DNA of 64,000 nucleotides from an uncultured Verrucomicrobiae bacterium (GTDB lineage: Bacteria > Verrucomicrobiota > Verrucomicrobiia > Chthoniobacterales > JAFAMB01). Below are positions 45,112 through 56,127 of the stretch, piece after piece. The notes beneath the pieces are model-generated. The model was not told the origin of the DNA. It saw only the letters and a program-made list of their open reading frames with translations, and did not search any database. The stretch lies in the NCBI GenBank assembly GCA_963748055.1, contig CAVVII010000010.1:18820-82819 (forward strand). Direction: 5' to 3'. The stretch's first letter is position 1; every line of letters begins with the position of its first letter. The position numbers were made by a program, and so were the translations under genes.

Positions 45112-45404
45112 GTGTTCGGGCTCTAAATAAGCCAGTCTGTTGAGCCTATCTGCGAAAGGCGCAACTTTCCAAGGAAAATGTTAGGGAGTTTGAACCCTCA
45201 ACCCCGCGATGAGCTCCCTTTCTTGGGCTGCTCCGTGTTTTCTTGCCGGGTACGCCCAAGAACGAGCGTTGTGACTGGTAGGCGATTTGGTTCAGAGCGA
45301 TAGTCAAAGACCGAGGACGATTTTAGGAACAAGAGACGGGAAGCGATTACGAAAGGTCGAGGCGTTAGGGTTAGGCCAAGGTAAGGTCGCTGAACAAGGA
45401 TCGC

Positions 45405-46361
45405 TTACCTTTTAAACAGGCCCGACCACCATGAGCGAGGATGCTTGACAGAGTCGACGGTTTCATGCCTGAAGGTTTGCAGGTATTCTTTGGCCTCAGC
45501 TTCTAACTTGCGTAACTGCGCTTTCTCGATCCCGATCCAGGTGGCCGGCAGCGCAACTTCGTTAGCCCTTAGACAAAAGAAATCACTGGCTATCGGCTCG
45601 CCGACTATCAGGTCGATCCAACGCTTTCCGTTCGCCGCGATGATTACGTAAGGAAGACTAGAGTCAGAGTGCCTTGCCAGAAAGCCAGACCAGAAGCTAA
45701 GATTTTCCTTCACTTGCGAGGAAATCGTCATCAGCCGAAAATGTGCCCGTCCGCTTCTGCCAGTTTCCGTCGAGGCGCGTGTCCGCTGGCTTTTCAGACC
45801 TGCGGAGAGAGTGATTAAGTCCGGTAGAATTGAGTTCTCTCCCGGATCGCTGATCTCCGAAAAAGGGTTGCCGGTAGAGGAAGGGAAGAACGCGCCGTTC
45901 AATTCACGGTAGGTTTGATTGAATGAATCACGGATTCTCTCCTGGGTCTTTCCTTCTCGGCACTGGATGCCGAGCTGCTCGATTGGCGCCAGTAAAAGAC
46001 CGATTGCTCTGAGACCGTCAAAGCCTGCCTGAGCGCAAATGACCAATGGGAACCGAGTGCGTCCTTTGCGATCCGCCGAAGCCCAGATTGCTCCGATGAT
46101 AGCTTGCTTATCGCGAACCCAGACAAATCGATGGTTGAACTCGATTGCTTGACCGGACTTTTCTATTTGATCCCAGGCACCCGAAGCAAGCTGAGTGGCG
46201 ATTCCCTCCGAATAGAGGAGCTGTTTCGTCAGAACCAGGGTTTCTGTTGCCAACCCGACGTCGTCGATATGATCATCCCACGCGGGATGTTTGCCGAACC
46301 CCGCCACATGGATCCTGCCGCTCAACGGATCCCGCAAGAAAACTTTGAGAAATCGGCTCAT
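45405..46361 (-). CDS. tagF: TagF-like T6SS accessory protein
   Basis: [12 protein letters not shown] and [12 protein letters not shown] resemble TagF motifs; overlaps the tssM stop. Confidence 0.65.
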   Translation of the reverse strand: MSRFLKVFLRDPLSGRIHVAGFGKHPAWDDHIDDVGLATETLVLTKQLLYSEGIATQLASGAWDQIEKSGQAIEFNHRFVWVRDKQAIIGAIWASADRKGRTRFPLVICAQAGFDGLRAIGLLLAPIEQLGIQCREGKTQERIRDSFNQTYRELNGAFFPSSTGNPFSEISDPGENSILPDLITLSAGLKSQRTRASTETGRSGRAHFRLMTISSQVKENLSFWSGFLARHSDSSLPYVIIAANGKRWIDLIVGEPIASDFFCLRANEVALPATWIGIEKAQLRKLEAEAKEYLQTFRHETVDSVKHPRSWWSGLFKR

Positions 46362-49300
46362 GGCCCGCCAAATTCCCGAAGGCCCAAACTGTCGATGGTG
46401 GGCCAGGCGTCCAAGGCCGGAAGTGGCGTCTCAAAGGCAGCCTGGACCCACACCGCTGTAGGCTCGCCCGGCCTGAGCGAGACTCGCCAAACCTGCCCGA
46501 CGTCGACCGGTTTACCTCCAAAGCGACCCAGCATGCGCAGCGCAGACCAGTTTTCGCCGCAGTCGACGGCTTGAGACGCACCACCCGTCGGGGTGTGGAA
46601 AACGATAAAATGAAAGGCGCTGTCGATAGGGGATTTTCCGAGGAGCATGTCCGCAGGCGCATCCACTGGCACAACGCCGCTTCCGCCTTTGTAAACTTTC
46701 GATTTTCCACCGGCCACCAGCATAACCCCGTTCCAGTTCCGAGGGTTGTAAGGAAGTATCGGTTCCGGGGTCGGTGGCGGCGCGTCTCCGGTGAACAGCT
46801 GACTGATGATCGATCGGCGGGGCGGGGGAGGAAGTGGGGTCGGGGTGGCCATCGGGGCGAGATCGGGGCCCGACAACTGGCGCTGCGCCTGCCCGTTGAG
46901 CAGGGTAATCGTGACCGCGGAGACCGAGCCGTCCGGCTTAAGGATCGTGTCGCACAATGCGGCTAGCGGGATAAGCCCCTTCGCCATGTCCGTCAATGCC
47001 TGCCGTGCTTGCACCGGCATCTTTGCAAACGTGTCCGATTGCAAGTCCCGGCGAATCGCATTCAACAAGACCTTCACCTGCCGAATCTGATCTACACCGA
47101 TCGTCTGGTTATCGGGTCCCGGGGGCCAAAGGAGCGGGAAGCGAACGCGAGCGCGCAGTTGAGCCTTCACCTGCTTGAAATAGTTCGTCAGGAAAGCTTC
47201 GCGTTGGATCTCCTCCGTGCGACGAAGCAGGTACTTGCAAGTTGTTAGAAAAGGTTCTTTGAGTTTACCCTGATAGTCCTCGATCTTCGCGTTCAATAGC
47301 CCCAGAGCATTTGTCAGCAGCTCAAATGGCTTCCAGGTCTGACCAATTAAATTCATCTTCTCCGAGTAATTAAATTGCGGAGCCCCGGCGCGGCACTGTT
47401 GATAGAAATTCCAACGAGCAAGATAGCTGGCTTTTTGATCTGCTACGGGCACTAAGACGGCGTCATCGAGGGCTTTGAACTCTTCCAACTGCGGCGCGCC
47501 GATCGCACCCTCAATTTGAGTCTTCATTTGTTGTGAAATATCCGCCAGCTTCACTTTGATCTCCCGAAGAAGGGCGTATTTGGGATCATCTTGCGGAATT
47601 GTCTCCAGGACTTTCGCCACTCCTTTTGCGTTGGGATCCGGGGTTGGGATGACCTTTTCTATTTCGGCCTGAATCGCCGCGATTTGTCCGAAGCGAGATT
47701 CATTTCCGCCGGTCAACTTCTGGTAGGCTGAAAAGAGGGTCTCCGGGCCATCTTCGAATACTCCGGCTCGCCGTAGAGCCGCGAGCTTTTCCTCCAGCGC
47801 AATTTTGGCCGCGTTCAGCTTGTCGAACATAATGGCGACCTCCCGGTCACTTGTGAGGGGATCATCCTTTATACTGGCTTTGGCGGAGAGTTCGGTCTCG
47901 ATCACCTGGTATTGCCGGGCGAGGCCCGCCAGTTCGACCAGCAGTTGAAGATTGGCCGCCCGGCTCTTGATGCGTTCCCTTGCAGCGGCGATCAGGTGGT
48001 CCAAGCCGACCCTGATCGGGGTATTCTCGGCCAGACTCGATCCGCCACCCGCCCAACTCGGTGGCCATTTCCCACGGCCATCGCGATTCTCGGTGTAGGT
48101 CCAATTCATGATCTCCATCAGACGTGGTTCATTGGGCCTGTCGGCGACGTACTCCAACAAAGGAGCGAGGAAACTGGCCCCTGGCGTACCCTCGCCCGGT
48201 TGGCCCAAGTACCGTCGAATTGCTATTTCCACGCGAACCAGGGCAGCCAGCGCTTTCGCCTCCAGCGCGCCCACGAGCTCCGCGGAGCGGGGATCCGGCT
48301 TCCGATTGGCCGGCAGTACCGGATTGGGCTCGCTCATCTTCTGGCGCGTTGCGTCGAGAAGCGGCTTGACTACGCTGTCTTCGAAAAGGATTCGTTGGGC
48401 GTGCTGCCGTTCCTGGTCCGGATTGGTGCCAGTCTGAGCGAACAATCCAAAGACCCAGGGAATGTTCAGCGGTCTGGCGGTGAGTTCTCGCAGCGCCCCG
48501 TGGAAATCGCCGATCGAAAGCTTCTCGTAGCGAAAATCGGCGCGCGTCTCCGCTGTGAGACCGGGACCGACCGGCTCATCTCCGCGATAGCGAAAAAGAG
48601 TTGTACCGGCCGGATCAGGAGCGACGATCGGCTGCCAAGTCTTTCCTCTCCAGCCTTCCCTGGCGCGCGCCCAGAATCCACTTTGTTCGACGACACTTTC
48701 CTGGAGCGAGCGGTAACCCAAAAGGCCGAACGTCAGCAAAGCCAGCAATCCAAGCACGCCTGCACCAAAAAGCGCCAACTTGCGGTAGAGCAGAAGCCGA
48801 TCCGTGTTCGTCGCCCGCGTCACCAAGCCGTCTTCCCGGAACACCTTGTCGAGGAACAGATCCCGTAAGAAATAAGAGTGATCTCGTTCCCACGCGCGGC
48901 CGGCCGGCAACTGGTCGACTGGCAAATCCATGACCGCCGCGAGTTCCTCGTCGAGCGCCGAACCCTCGCGCATGGACGAAGTAAAGTAGATGCCGCGCAG
49001 AAACAACGGTCGCGAAGTCCATTCTCCAGCAACGAAAATTGTTTCCAAATATCGGCGCAGCCGCGGCGTGAGCGCGGTCAAACTTTGCGGAAAATCGTAA
49101 AGACGATCGACCTCGTCGGCGCGTCGGCCGTCAGACTGGTTCGCAACCGGGTCGAGCAACAGCGCGAGTCTCCTTCGGCGCAGACGCTGGGCAACGGATC
49201 GTAGATGTTCCTCCAGAAGTTCAGGGCGAAACGGGGCGTCCAGCGGCGCCGGATTGGACCATCCAAGCATTTGCTGCTGAGCGCGTGGATCGTCCAAACC

Positions 49301-50107
49301 TTCGAAGAACTCACGGAAGCCGTTGATGAGGTCACATTTGGTTAGCAAGACAAAAACCGGAAAACGCACATCCAGCTCGCGTTGGATGGCTTCGAGCTGA
49401 CGCGCGATTTTAGCGGCCTTGCGCTCCATTTCTTCAGGAGCGTCTTCGACCAGACTTTCGACTGGGATCGTCAGCAGGAGGCCATTTACGGGACAGTTAA
49501 AACGATGCTTTTTGAGAAGCCCAAGGAACTCTCGCCATTCACTCGTCGTTCCCGGTTCCACTTCTTCAAAAATCAATCGCCCGGCGGTATCCAGGATGAC
49601 CGCATAATTCGTGAACCACCAGTTCATGTTGATGGTTCCGCCGACTCCTTGAAATTCATCCTGCAGACCAGGAGGAAAGCCGGCCTGCGAATGGCGGATT
49701 GCCTCGGTCTTTCCCGACCCGGGCTCTCCGACGATCACGTACCAGGGTAATCCGTAGAAATCCTTGCCTGCGGACTCGAATTTCTCGATTCCCTTGGCGA
49801 AATTACGGCGCAGATCCTCCAGCCTCCCGCGCGCTGCGGTGTCGGTAATCCCGCGATTGGCGGCGCTGGTTGCTATTTCACCCCGGAGTTCCGCTGCCTT
49901 GCGCCTGCGTACCCAGAAAACGAGTAGAAGGTATAAGCCCAGGATGAGCGCAACGAACAGAATCCCCAGCGCGACGATGATGGCTACTTGAACTCCGAAA
50001 AAGGCTGCTGCGCCGACAATGGTTGTGGCCAGCAAAATAAGAATAATTGCCTTTACCCAAGTGGAGAGGCTCGCAAATGCCTTGAAAAGATAGGCTAGTT
50101 CTTTCAC
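46358..50107 (-). CDS. tssM: T6SS membrane complex TssM/IcmF with divergent C-terminus
   Basis: Two N-terminal TMs, [47 protein letters not shown], third TM. Confidence 0.92.
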   Translation of the reverse strand: MKELAYLFKAFASLSTWVKAIILILLATTIVGAAAFFGVQVAIIVALGILFVALILGLYLLLVFWVRRRKAAELRGEIATSAANRGITDTAARGRLEDLRRNFAKGIEKFESAGKDFYGLPWYVIVGEPGSGKTEAIRHSQAGFPPGLQDEFQGVGGTINMNWWFTNYAVILDTAGRLIFEEVEPGTTSEWREFLGLLKKHRFNCPVNGLLLTIPVESLVEDAPEEMERKAAKIARQLEAIQRELDVRFPVFVLLTKCDLINGFREFFEGLDDPRAQQQMLGWSNPAPLDAPFRPELLEEHLRSVAQRLRRRRLALLLDPVANQSDGRRADEVDRLYDFPQSLTALTPRLRRYLETIFVAGEWTSRPLFLRGIYFTSSMREGSALDEELAAVMDLPVDQLPAGRAWERDHSYFLRDLFLDKVFREDGLVTRATNTDRLLLYRKLALFGAGVLGLLALLTFGLLGYRSLQESVVEQSGFWARAREGWRGKTWQPIVAPDPAGTTLFRYRGDEPVGPGLTAETRADFRYEKLSIGDFHGALRELTARPLNIPWVFGLFAQTGTNPDQERQHAQRILFEDSVVKPLLDATRQKMSEPNPVLPANRKPDPRSAELVGALEAKALAALVRVEIAIRRYLGQPGEGTPGASFLAPLLEYVADRPNEPRLMEIMNWTYTENRDGRGKWPPSWAGGGSSLAENTPIRVGLDHLIAAARERIKSRAANLQLLVELAGLARQYQVIETELSAKASIKDDPLTSDREVAIMFDKLNAAKIALEEKLAALRRAGVFEDGPETLFSAYQKLTGGNESRFGQIAAIQAEIEKVIPTPDPNAKGVAKVLETIPQDDPKYALLREIKVKLADISQQMKTQIEGAIGAPQLEEFKALDDAVLVPVADQKASYLARWNFYQQCRAGAPQFNYSEKMNLIGQTWKPFELLTNALGLLNAKIEDYQGKLKEPFLTTCKYLLRRTEEIQREAFLTNYFKQVKAQLRARVRFPLLWPPGPDNQTIGVDQIRQVKVLLNAIRRDLQSDTFAKMPVQARQALTDMAKGLIPLAALCDTILKPDGSVSAVTITLLNGQAQRQLSGPDLAPMATPTPLPPPPRRSIISQLFTGDAPPPTPEPILPYNPRNWNGVMLVAGGKSKVYKGGSGVVPVDAPADMLLGKSPIDSAFHFIVFHTPTGGASQAVDCGENWSALRMLGRFGGKPVDVGQVWRVSLRPGEPTAVWVQAAFETPLPALDAWPTIDSLGLREFGGP

Positions 50108-50129
50108 ACCGTGGTCAGGATCAAAGCGT

Positions 50130-50828
50130 TCACTTTGAGATCTCCTGCGAGCCGATCGCGGACAGAGAGTCAGTCAACGAGATCGACGCCGCATGGAACA
50201 GATAGGCCTCGACCGTCACAACGACCAGGCAAAGCCCGATGAATACGATCGCGATCCCGCCGAGTCTTGAAGCAGGCGCCTGCACCAGATCTCGAGTATC
50301 AACGTTCAGGTACGCTTCGGGACAAATCCTCGCCGTTTTGTCCATCTCCATGGCGGTCCGTATTCGTTGGCTAATGTCCAACATCTTTCCGCGCAGATAC
50401 TCGGGTTGGCCGGCGTACCAGCCCATAAATCCAAGCCCGATGCACGTATAGTAGACTGGAAGGCGCAGGCTCGCTTCATCGCTCGGGTCGTTCAGCGTTT
50501 CGTCCAGCTGGTCAAAAAACTTTTCGTCGCCGGCTAACTCTTTCTGATCATAGGCCAGCCGGTTCTTATTCCAGGTTGCCGCGACGGCCAGGTCGCTCTC
50601 TGAAATCATTGAATCCACGAAAAAAATCAGCGGGAGTTCCAGCTTCTGCCACTGCACTCTCAACGCAGGATCGCTATCGGCTGTCTTGCGCAACTCCGCA
50701 AAAATCCCCTCGATCTGCAACCGCAACTGATCGTAACTGTAAGCGGCGGCACCTCCGCCTTTGCGTCCCAGGCGGTTGAGCAGGCACACCTTGGTGAATA
50801 GCGGCTCACAGAGTTCAAGAGGCGTCAT
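50130..50828 (-). CDS. tssL: T6SS TssL/DotU (no OmpA domain)
   Basis: [29 protein letters not shown]-terminal TM. Confidence 0.88.
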   Translation of the reverse strand: MTPLELCEPLFTKVCLLNRLGRKGGGAAAYSYDQLRLQIEGIFAELRKTADSDPALRVQWQKLELPLIFFVDSMISESDLAVAATWNKNRLAYDQKELAGDEKFFDQLDETLNDPSDEASLRLPVYYTCIGLGFMGWYAGQPEYLRGKMLDISQRIRTAMEMDKTARICPEAYLNVDTRDLVQAPASRLGGIAIVFIGLCLVVVTVEAYLFHAASISLTDSLSAIGSQEISK

Positions 50829-50831
50829 AGA

Positions 50832-52193
50832 CTATGTTTCCGATTTTGGGAGCGGCATGTAGAGCGTCAAATCGTAATCCGCCGACTCATTTCCGGTCCA
50901 ACGGACGACGGCAGATTTCTCGCTCTGTATCTGTTGCCAGCTGCGGGCGCTCTCACCACGAAGCAGGCGAAAATAATAAAGGTTTGACTGTGCGGGGAGT
51001 TCGAGCGGCGGAAACCGTTCCTCCTTCAGGATGACGCCGCGGATGGCGCGGCCGGACATGCTCTCCGGCATAAGCTTGAATCGGTCGGCATCTTCAACGA
51101 GCTGCGCGAGTGAGCGTGGGTCTTCTTTGGTTCTGATCCCCAAAAAGTAGTCGCTCGGTCGAAGAAAATGCTCGTCTGTAAGGGTGGCTTTAAACAGTCC
51201 GTTTGCCTTAATGAATTGAACCTTGAGAAAGCTCGGAGCGACGCTTCCTCTCAGCAATTCGCGGATCTTCGCGGCCAGCTCGCTGAAACAGGGATATGGA
51301 TTGTCGTGTTGATAGGGGGCGCAATCGTAGAGATCCCTGTCCGGATGAAGCGCAGCGAGCTCCCCTAGAATTTCCCGCAGCTCCAGGTAAATGTCGAACG
51401 GAGCCAGGTTGGGAGTCTCAACGAGGGCCTCCAGTCGAGCACCAAAGCGATTCAGGGTCCGCAGGCGCATCACTTGCTCGAATTGAATGCCCCGCATGGT
51501 GTCGATGCTGAACCCTCCGCGCGTGATTTGCAGGACGAGTTCCTGACGACTTCCCAAGACCTGGCTGCTTAAGTCGCGAACCAGTTCGCGGAGCGTCGCG
51601 GACCCGTTCAGGACGAAGCACGGTCCAACAAACTCAGGATCGCGCTTTGGCAGGCCAACCTCCTCGCCTGCGGCTCTGGTTACCCTTAACAAAGGTATTA
51701 CTTCCAGGTCCGACCGGTCCTCAATATCCAAAAGCAACCTTGCATTGACTCTCCTCTGGAGCACGGTTTTGACGTTCTCGCCCGTGTTCTCATCAGGCAC
51801 TTCCGCCTCGGCAATACGATAAAGAATCTTAGCTCGGGGGTCGACCGTCTGGCCCGGGTTGACGCAATTGGCGCGGGCGCTGAACCAGAGAGGCACCCCG
51901 AGATAGACGACGAACCGGCCGCGCGATTCAAATGCCTGTTTGATATCCATCGCGGGCAATTCTGCATCCTGGGGGTAAAGCACTTCTTGTCCGCTCGGCA
52001 TAATGGCATGGAGCCGGTCAAACCGGAGACGCATATTCTCAAGATCATCATTGGAGAGTCGTGCATCGACTACGCCGTATGGATAAGCCCAGTTGAAGCG
52101 GCGCTCGGCGGACGCGCTTTCGTTAAGGCTTCGCTGGATACGCTGCAAATGATGCGGCAGCAAAAACAATCCTTCATGCCAATGTACTTGCAT
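50832..52193 (-). CDS. tssK: T6SS TssK
   Basis: VHWHEGLFLLPHHLQ, YQHDN, FPPLELP. Confidence 0.93.
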   Translation of the reverse strand: MQVHWHEGLFLLPHHLQRIQRSLNESASAERRFNWAYPYGVVDARLSNDDLENMRLRFDRLHAIMPSGQEVLYPQDAELPAMDIKQAFESRGRFVVYLGVPLWFSARANCVNPGQTVDPRAKILYRIAEAEVPDENTGENVKTVLQRRVNARLLLDIEDRSDLEVIPLLRVTRAAGEEVGLPKRDPEFVGPCFVLNGSATLRELVRDLSSQVLGSRQELVLQITRGGFSIDTMRGIQFEQVMRLRTLNRFGARLEALVETPNLAPFDIYLELREILGELAALHPDRDLYDCAPYQHDNPYPCFSELAAKIRELLRGSVAPSFLKVQFIKANGLFKATLTDEHFLRPSDYFLGIRTKEDPRSLAQLVEDADRFKLMPESMSGRAIRGVILKEERFPPLELPAQSNLYYFRLLRGESARSWQQIQSEKSAVVRWTGNESADYDLTLYMPLPKSET

Positions 52194-52229
52194 AAAATTT
52201 CAACTTCTCACCCGGGGATGCGGCATCAA

Positions 52230-53186
52230 CTAACGCCCCCGGATTTCCGACCTCGATATCAACTCCTCGGTATAGGCCACAATTCCATCGACGATCTGCG
52301 TTTCTACAGCTTGACCGCTCAGTTCGGCAGCTAATTCGACATAACGGCGCCAGCATTTTTGCTCAACGTTGGCAATGAATCCAGGAGACTTCGATTCCAC
52401 GGCGGCCCGAATCTTCTCCGGCGCGAATCTCTCAAGGTGTTTGCGTGCGAAAATTTCTCCCGCCGGGCCAATGGCGGAGAGCAGTCCGGCGGTAATTTGC
52501 CGCGTTTTGTCGAGCATCTGTGTAATCTGGAGGGTGGCTACCTCGCGGTCACCGGCAAGATAGCGGCCGACGATCCGGCGTGGGTTATCGCTGGCCTGAT
52601 CCCGGCGCACGCTCGATTTCGGGGCGATATTCTTCCAGACATTCCAAATCAGGTGGTCAAGTGTAATGATTAGTTCGAGCAACGCCGTGAAGAGTCTCGT
52701 CAGTCGCTCCTCGTCCAGAGGGTCATTGGGTGTCATCCCGAGTTTACCCAAAAGCTCCAACGGCAATTCGATGCCCTGGCTCGGCGCGACAAAGAGGCCG
52801 ACGGCTTGAAGTTTTTGCGCAAGCACGGCCTTCGCCTCGCGGGAAAGTTCAGGCAAGCGGGCCAACAATTCGTCTGCTACATCCTGGGCGCTTCGCTCCA
52901 CTTCTTTAACGGGCGGTGGTTTAAGATTCGGCGCGTCAATCCGTTCCGGGCCCGGGAAGCGTTCCATGAGCGCGGCGAGATACTCCGAGCGTCGGTTCTC
53001 CACGACATCTTTGATCGAGCGCTCGATTTCTTCCACGAGGTATTCGTGGCGCGCGTTGAGGGGATCGTCTGCGAAGCTGGTCTGAAGCATCCACAGGCGC
53101 GCAGCTACGTTCTGAGCCCAGGACCGGGCCTCTGGCACAGGTTGCATAGCGGCCAAAGGCTCAGGTCTTTCGGAAGTGCCAGGCAT
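52230..53186 (-). CDS. Hypothetical protein with a TagH/ImpI C-terminal-like segment but no evident FHA domain
   Basis: GLLSAI...LERFAPEKI...KCWRRY resembles the TagH C-terminal domain; first gene of the tssK operon. Confidence 0.55.
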   Translation of the reverse strand: MPGTSERPEPLAAMQPVPEARSWAQNVAARLWMLQTSFADDPLNARHEYLVEEIERSIKDVVENRRSEYLAALMERFPGPERIDAPNLKPPPVKEVERSAQDVADELLARLPELSREAKAVLAQKLQAVGLFVAPSQGIELPLELLGKLGMTPNDPLDEERLTRLFTALLELIITLDHLIWNVWKNIAPKSSVRRDQASDNPRRIVGRYLAGDREVATLQITQMLDKTRQITAGLLSAIGPAGEIFARKHLERFAPEKIRAAVESKSPGFIANVEQKCWRRYVELAAELSGQAVETQIVDGIVAYTEELISRSEIRGR

Positions 53187-53302
53187 GCTGCTTTATGAAC
53201 ACGAACTGAAATAGTACGTTGCGGGCGGTTCACAACGCAATCTAAAACAACAGGGGCGGCTGGAGAACGTGTCGGCGTAAAGCTGCTTTTCGCAAACTGA
53301 CG

Positions 53303-53391
53303 GTAGGAGAAGCGGGCTTACTCATTCCTTATTGGATCAAGGTTTACGGTTTTAGTACTTACCGAAGAGGTAAAGCGGGACGCATTACCTA
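53303..53391. repeat. Family A REP doublet interrupted by the intron
   Basis: GTAGGAGAAGCGGGCTTACTC...CGAAGAGGTAAAGCGGGACGCATTACCTA, completed by C at 54031 after the intron. Confidence 0.7.
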
Positions 53392-54030
53392 GTGTGCCCG
53401 ACATGGGTCCAATGTAGTGAAATGAAAGGAAATGATCGGAAGCAGTGAAAGCAACCGTAGCGAAAAGCAAGGCCCAGGGCCGCGAGGCCCTGAGATGAAA
53501 GAAGCAATAGGCAAACGAACGATCGTAGGAACACGAACGGGCAGAGAGGCCGCTTGCGGGCGAAGAGTATGCTAGGAACATGCGAAATCCAACCGCCACC
53601 GAAAGACGCAAGAGGTAGAGCCAGACGACACGGGTCGGAAAGAGTGGACACCTTACTCGGGGAGATCTGTGGGGTGAGAGCCCTGGAGAAGTCAGCAGAG
53701 GCCGTAGTAGTGAAGAGACGCGGTGAAAGGGGGAAGGAGCGAAGGGCCAAAGAACCAAGAGAGCAGAGAAAGGCGAAACTGGCGAATAGAGAAGCCGAAC
53801 AGGGACATGCGACACGGGAGGACGCAATAACTGCGAATCTCTATCGACCCGACGGAGAAGGGCTCGGTGGTGGAATTACTACAACCTGACCGAAAGGCAA
53901 TGGCCAAGGACTAAGCGCCTGGATCCGACTGAAGAAAGCGAGCTACAAGGTTCAACCGCCGGATGCGGAAAACCGCATGTCCGGTGGTGTGGGAGGGTCA
54001 CGGCGCGCAATCACTGTAACCCGACCCGAT
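53392..54030 (+). mobile_element. ORF-less group IIC intron (639 nt)
   Basis: 5' GTGTGCCCGACATGGGT; AAGTCAGCAGAGGCCGTAGTA; class C domain V CCGCCGGATGCGGAAAACCGCATGTCCGGTGG; domain VI ending ACCCGAT; no RT ORF. Confidence 0.88.
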
Positions 54031-54046
54031 CTAAAGCGGACGCTTC

Positions 54047-54364
54047 CTATCCATCCACCCAGACAGGAAACGTGTCACCGGCTTCAAATTGCAACCTCCG
54101 GGCGTACGTCAGCTCAAGCTTGCCGTCTTCGTATGCGCCCTTGACAGGCACGTTGTCCCGGAATCGGAGCTTGAGAAACGGCCCTCGAAATCGCGCTTCC
54201 TCGATATAGACGATCAATTGGTATCGTCCTTCCTTTTGCTCGTTTGAAACGACGGTTGCCGGGATCTGCCTCACAATTACCAGATCGGCTATAAAAAGCA
54301 GATTCGCAACTGCCGAGATGACGTGGTGGAGGTTCTTGACAAACGGAAATTCGCCCCCTAACAA
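54047..54364 (-). CDS. Small hypothetical protein (true start probably near 54273)
   Basis: ORF with plausible composition, RQIPATVVSN..FPVWVDG. Confidence 0.5.
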   Translation of the reverse strand: MLGGEFPFVKNLHHVISAVANLLFIADLVIVRQIPATVVSNEQKEGRYQLIVYIEEARFRGPFLKLRFRDNVPVKGAYEDGKLELTYARRLQFEAGDTFPVWVDG

Positions 54365-54399
54365 CGCTTTGAATTACTCCGATCCCCCCAGCCGATCGA

Positions 54400-56022
54400 A
54401 TGGAGACAAAAACGATGCAATCAGAATGGTGGCGTGGCGCAATTATCTATCAGATTTATCCACGAAGCTTCTTTGACACTAACCACGATGGAACCGGCGA
54501 CTTGCCTGGTATCAACCAGAAGCTCGACTACATCTCCAGTTTAGGAGTCGACGCGATCTGGATTTCACCATTTTTTAAGTCGCCGATGCGTGATTTCGGC
54601 TATGACGTGGCCGACTATCGCGCCGTGGATTCCATCTTTGGGACGAACTCAGATTTCGCTTCTCTGCTTTCTTCTGCGCATGAGCGTGGACTGAAGGTCA
54701 TCGTCGACATGGTTTTGGCTCACACCTCGGATCAGCACCTCTGGTTTAAGGAGAGTTGCGTGAACCGCACGAATCAAAAAGCGGACTGGTACGTCTGGAC
54801 CGACCCGAAACCCGATGGCACGCCTCCAAACAACTGGTCGTCGGTCTTTGGCGGCCCGGCCTGGCAATGGGAGTCGCGCCGCAGGCAGTTTTATCTTCAC
54901 CATTATCTACGGAGCCAGCCCAATTTGAACTGGCAAAACCCGGAAGTCCGCGCGGCCATGTTTGAAGAGGTTCGCTTCTGGCTGGACGCAGGTGTCGACG
55001 GATTGCGTCTCGATGCCATTACTACGCTCGCGCATGATCCAAAATTGAGAGATAACCCTGCGCGCAATCCGGTAGAGAGCGATTCAGGAAACAACCCGTT
55101 TAACTGGCAGGAACTTACCTACAGCCGCGACCAACCTCGCACTTTGGAGTCGCTCGAAGAACTCCGGACGCTGGTGAATCAATATCCCGATCGATACCTG
55201 ATCGGGGAGGTTGCCGACGTCGACATGATCAGCGTCAGTGCCAAATACACGCGTACCGGTAAGCATCTCCATAGTTGCTACAATTTTGAGCTCATGCAAT
55301 TGCCGTTCAATTCCTCTTCCCTGCGGGATGTCATAGAAAGGACCGAAGCGGTTCTCGGCACAGGGTGGGCGACCTGGGCGATGAGTAACCATGATAACAT
55401 TCGGGTTGTGACCCGCAGCGCGCGCTCTGCGGACCTCCAGGGAGACGAACCCGCCCTGGCCAAGTTGCTGCTCGCCGCACTGTTGTCGTTCAGGGGAGGG
55501 GCTTGCGTCTACCAGGGCGAAGAACTTGGCTTGACCGAGGCTGAGATCGATTTTGCCGATCTGCGCGATCCGTGGGGCATTGAATTCTGGCCCGATTTCA
55601 AGGGACGCGATGGATGCCGAACACCGATGCCATGGTCTTCCGAGTTGCCGAACGGAGGCTTCACTACTTCGAAGCCGTGGTTGCCCATTCCTAGAGAACA
55701 TTTAGCCCAGGCGGTCAATGAGCAGGAAAAAGATCCGCGGTCAGTCCTGCACACTTTCCGGAGGCTTTTGGCTTGGCGAAAGCAACATCCGGCTCTTGTG
55801 CGAGGCGAAATAGCCTTTGTCGAGTCCAGCGAGCAAGTGCTGGCATTTGAACGGTCGTCGAACGGTGACCGGGTCCTTTGCGTGTTCAATTTTTCAAATC
55901 GGGAAGCCGCGCAACCGATTTCAAGTCTTTGGCGTTCGGCCGAAGGCCACGGCTTTGATGCGATTTCCGGACAGGATCAAATCCTCCTGCCAGCCTTTGG
56001 CGTCTGGTTTGGAATCACGTAA
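54400..56022 (+). CDS. GH13 alpha-glucosidase
   Basis: WWRGAIIYQIYPRSF, DFGYDVADY, GVDGLRLDA, NHD, YQGEELG, GRDGCRTPMPW. Confidence 0.95.
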   Translation: METKTMQSEWWRGAIIYQIYPRSFFDTNHDGTGDLPGINQKLDYISSLGVDAIWISPFFKSPMRDFGYDVADYRAVDSIFGTNSDFASLLSSAHERGLKVIVDMVLAHTSDQHLWFKESCVNRTNQKADWYVWTDPKPDGTPPNNWSSVFGGPAWQWESRRRQFYLHHYLRSQPNLNWQNPEVRAAMFEEVRFWLDAGVDGLRLDAITTLAHDPKLRDNPARNPVESDSGNNPFNWQELTYSRDQPRTLESLEELRTLVNQYPDRYLIGEVADVDMISVSAKYTRTGKHLHSCYNFELMQLPFNSSSLRDVIERTEAVLGTGWATWAMSNHDNIRVVTRSARSADLQGDEPALAKLLLAALLSFRGGACVYQGEELGLTEAEIDFADLRDPWGIEFWPDFKGRDGCRTPMPWSSELPNGGFTTSKPWLPIPREHLAQAVNEQEKDPRSVLHTFRRLLAWRKQHPALVRGEIAFVESSEQVLAFERSSNGDRVLCVFNFSNREAAQPISSLWRSAEGHGFDAISGQDQILLPAFGVWFGIT

Positions 56023-56127
56023 GCAACTTCCGATCACGCCGGGCCGCGGAAACGTTCCTCACGTGATCATATTGGCTGCCACTAACGCCTGCGACTCCTC
56101 GGTGGTTGAAGTGACTGACTTATTGCA

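Noticed and set aside
53318-53907. ORFs overlapping the intron (169, 121, 111 and 71 aa)
   Set aside because: No RT/maturase motifs such as YADD; these are incidental frames across structured RNA
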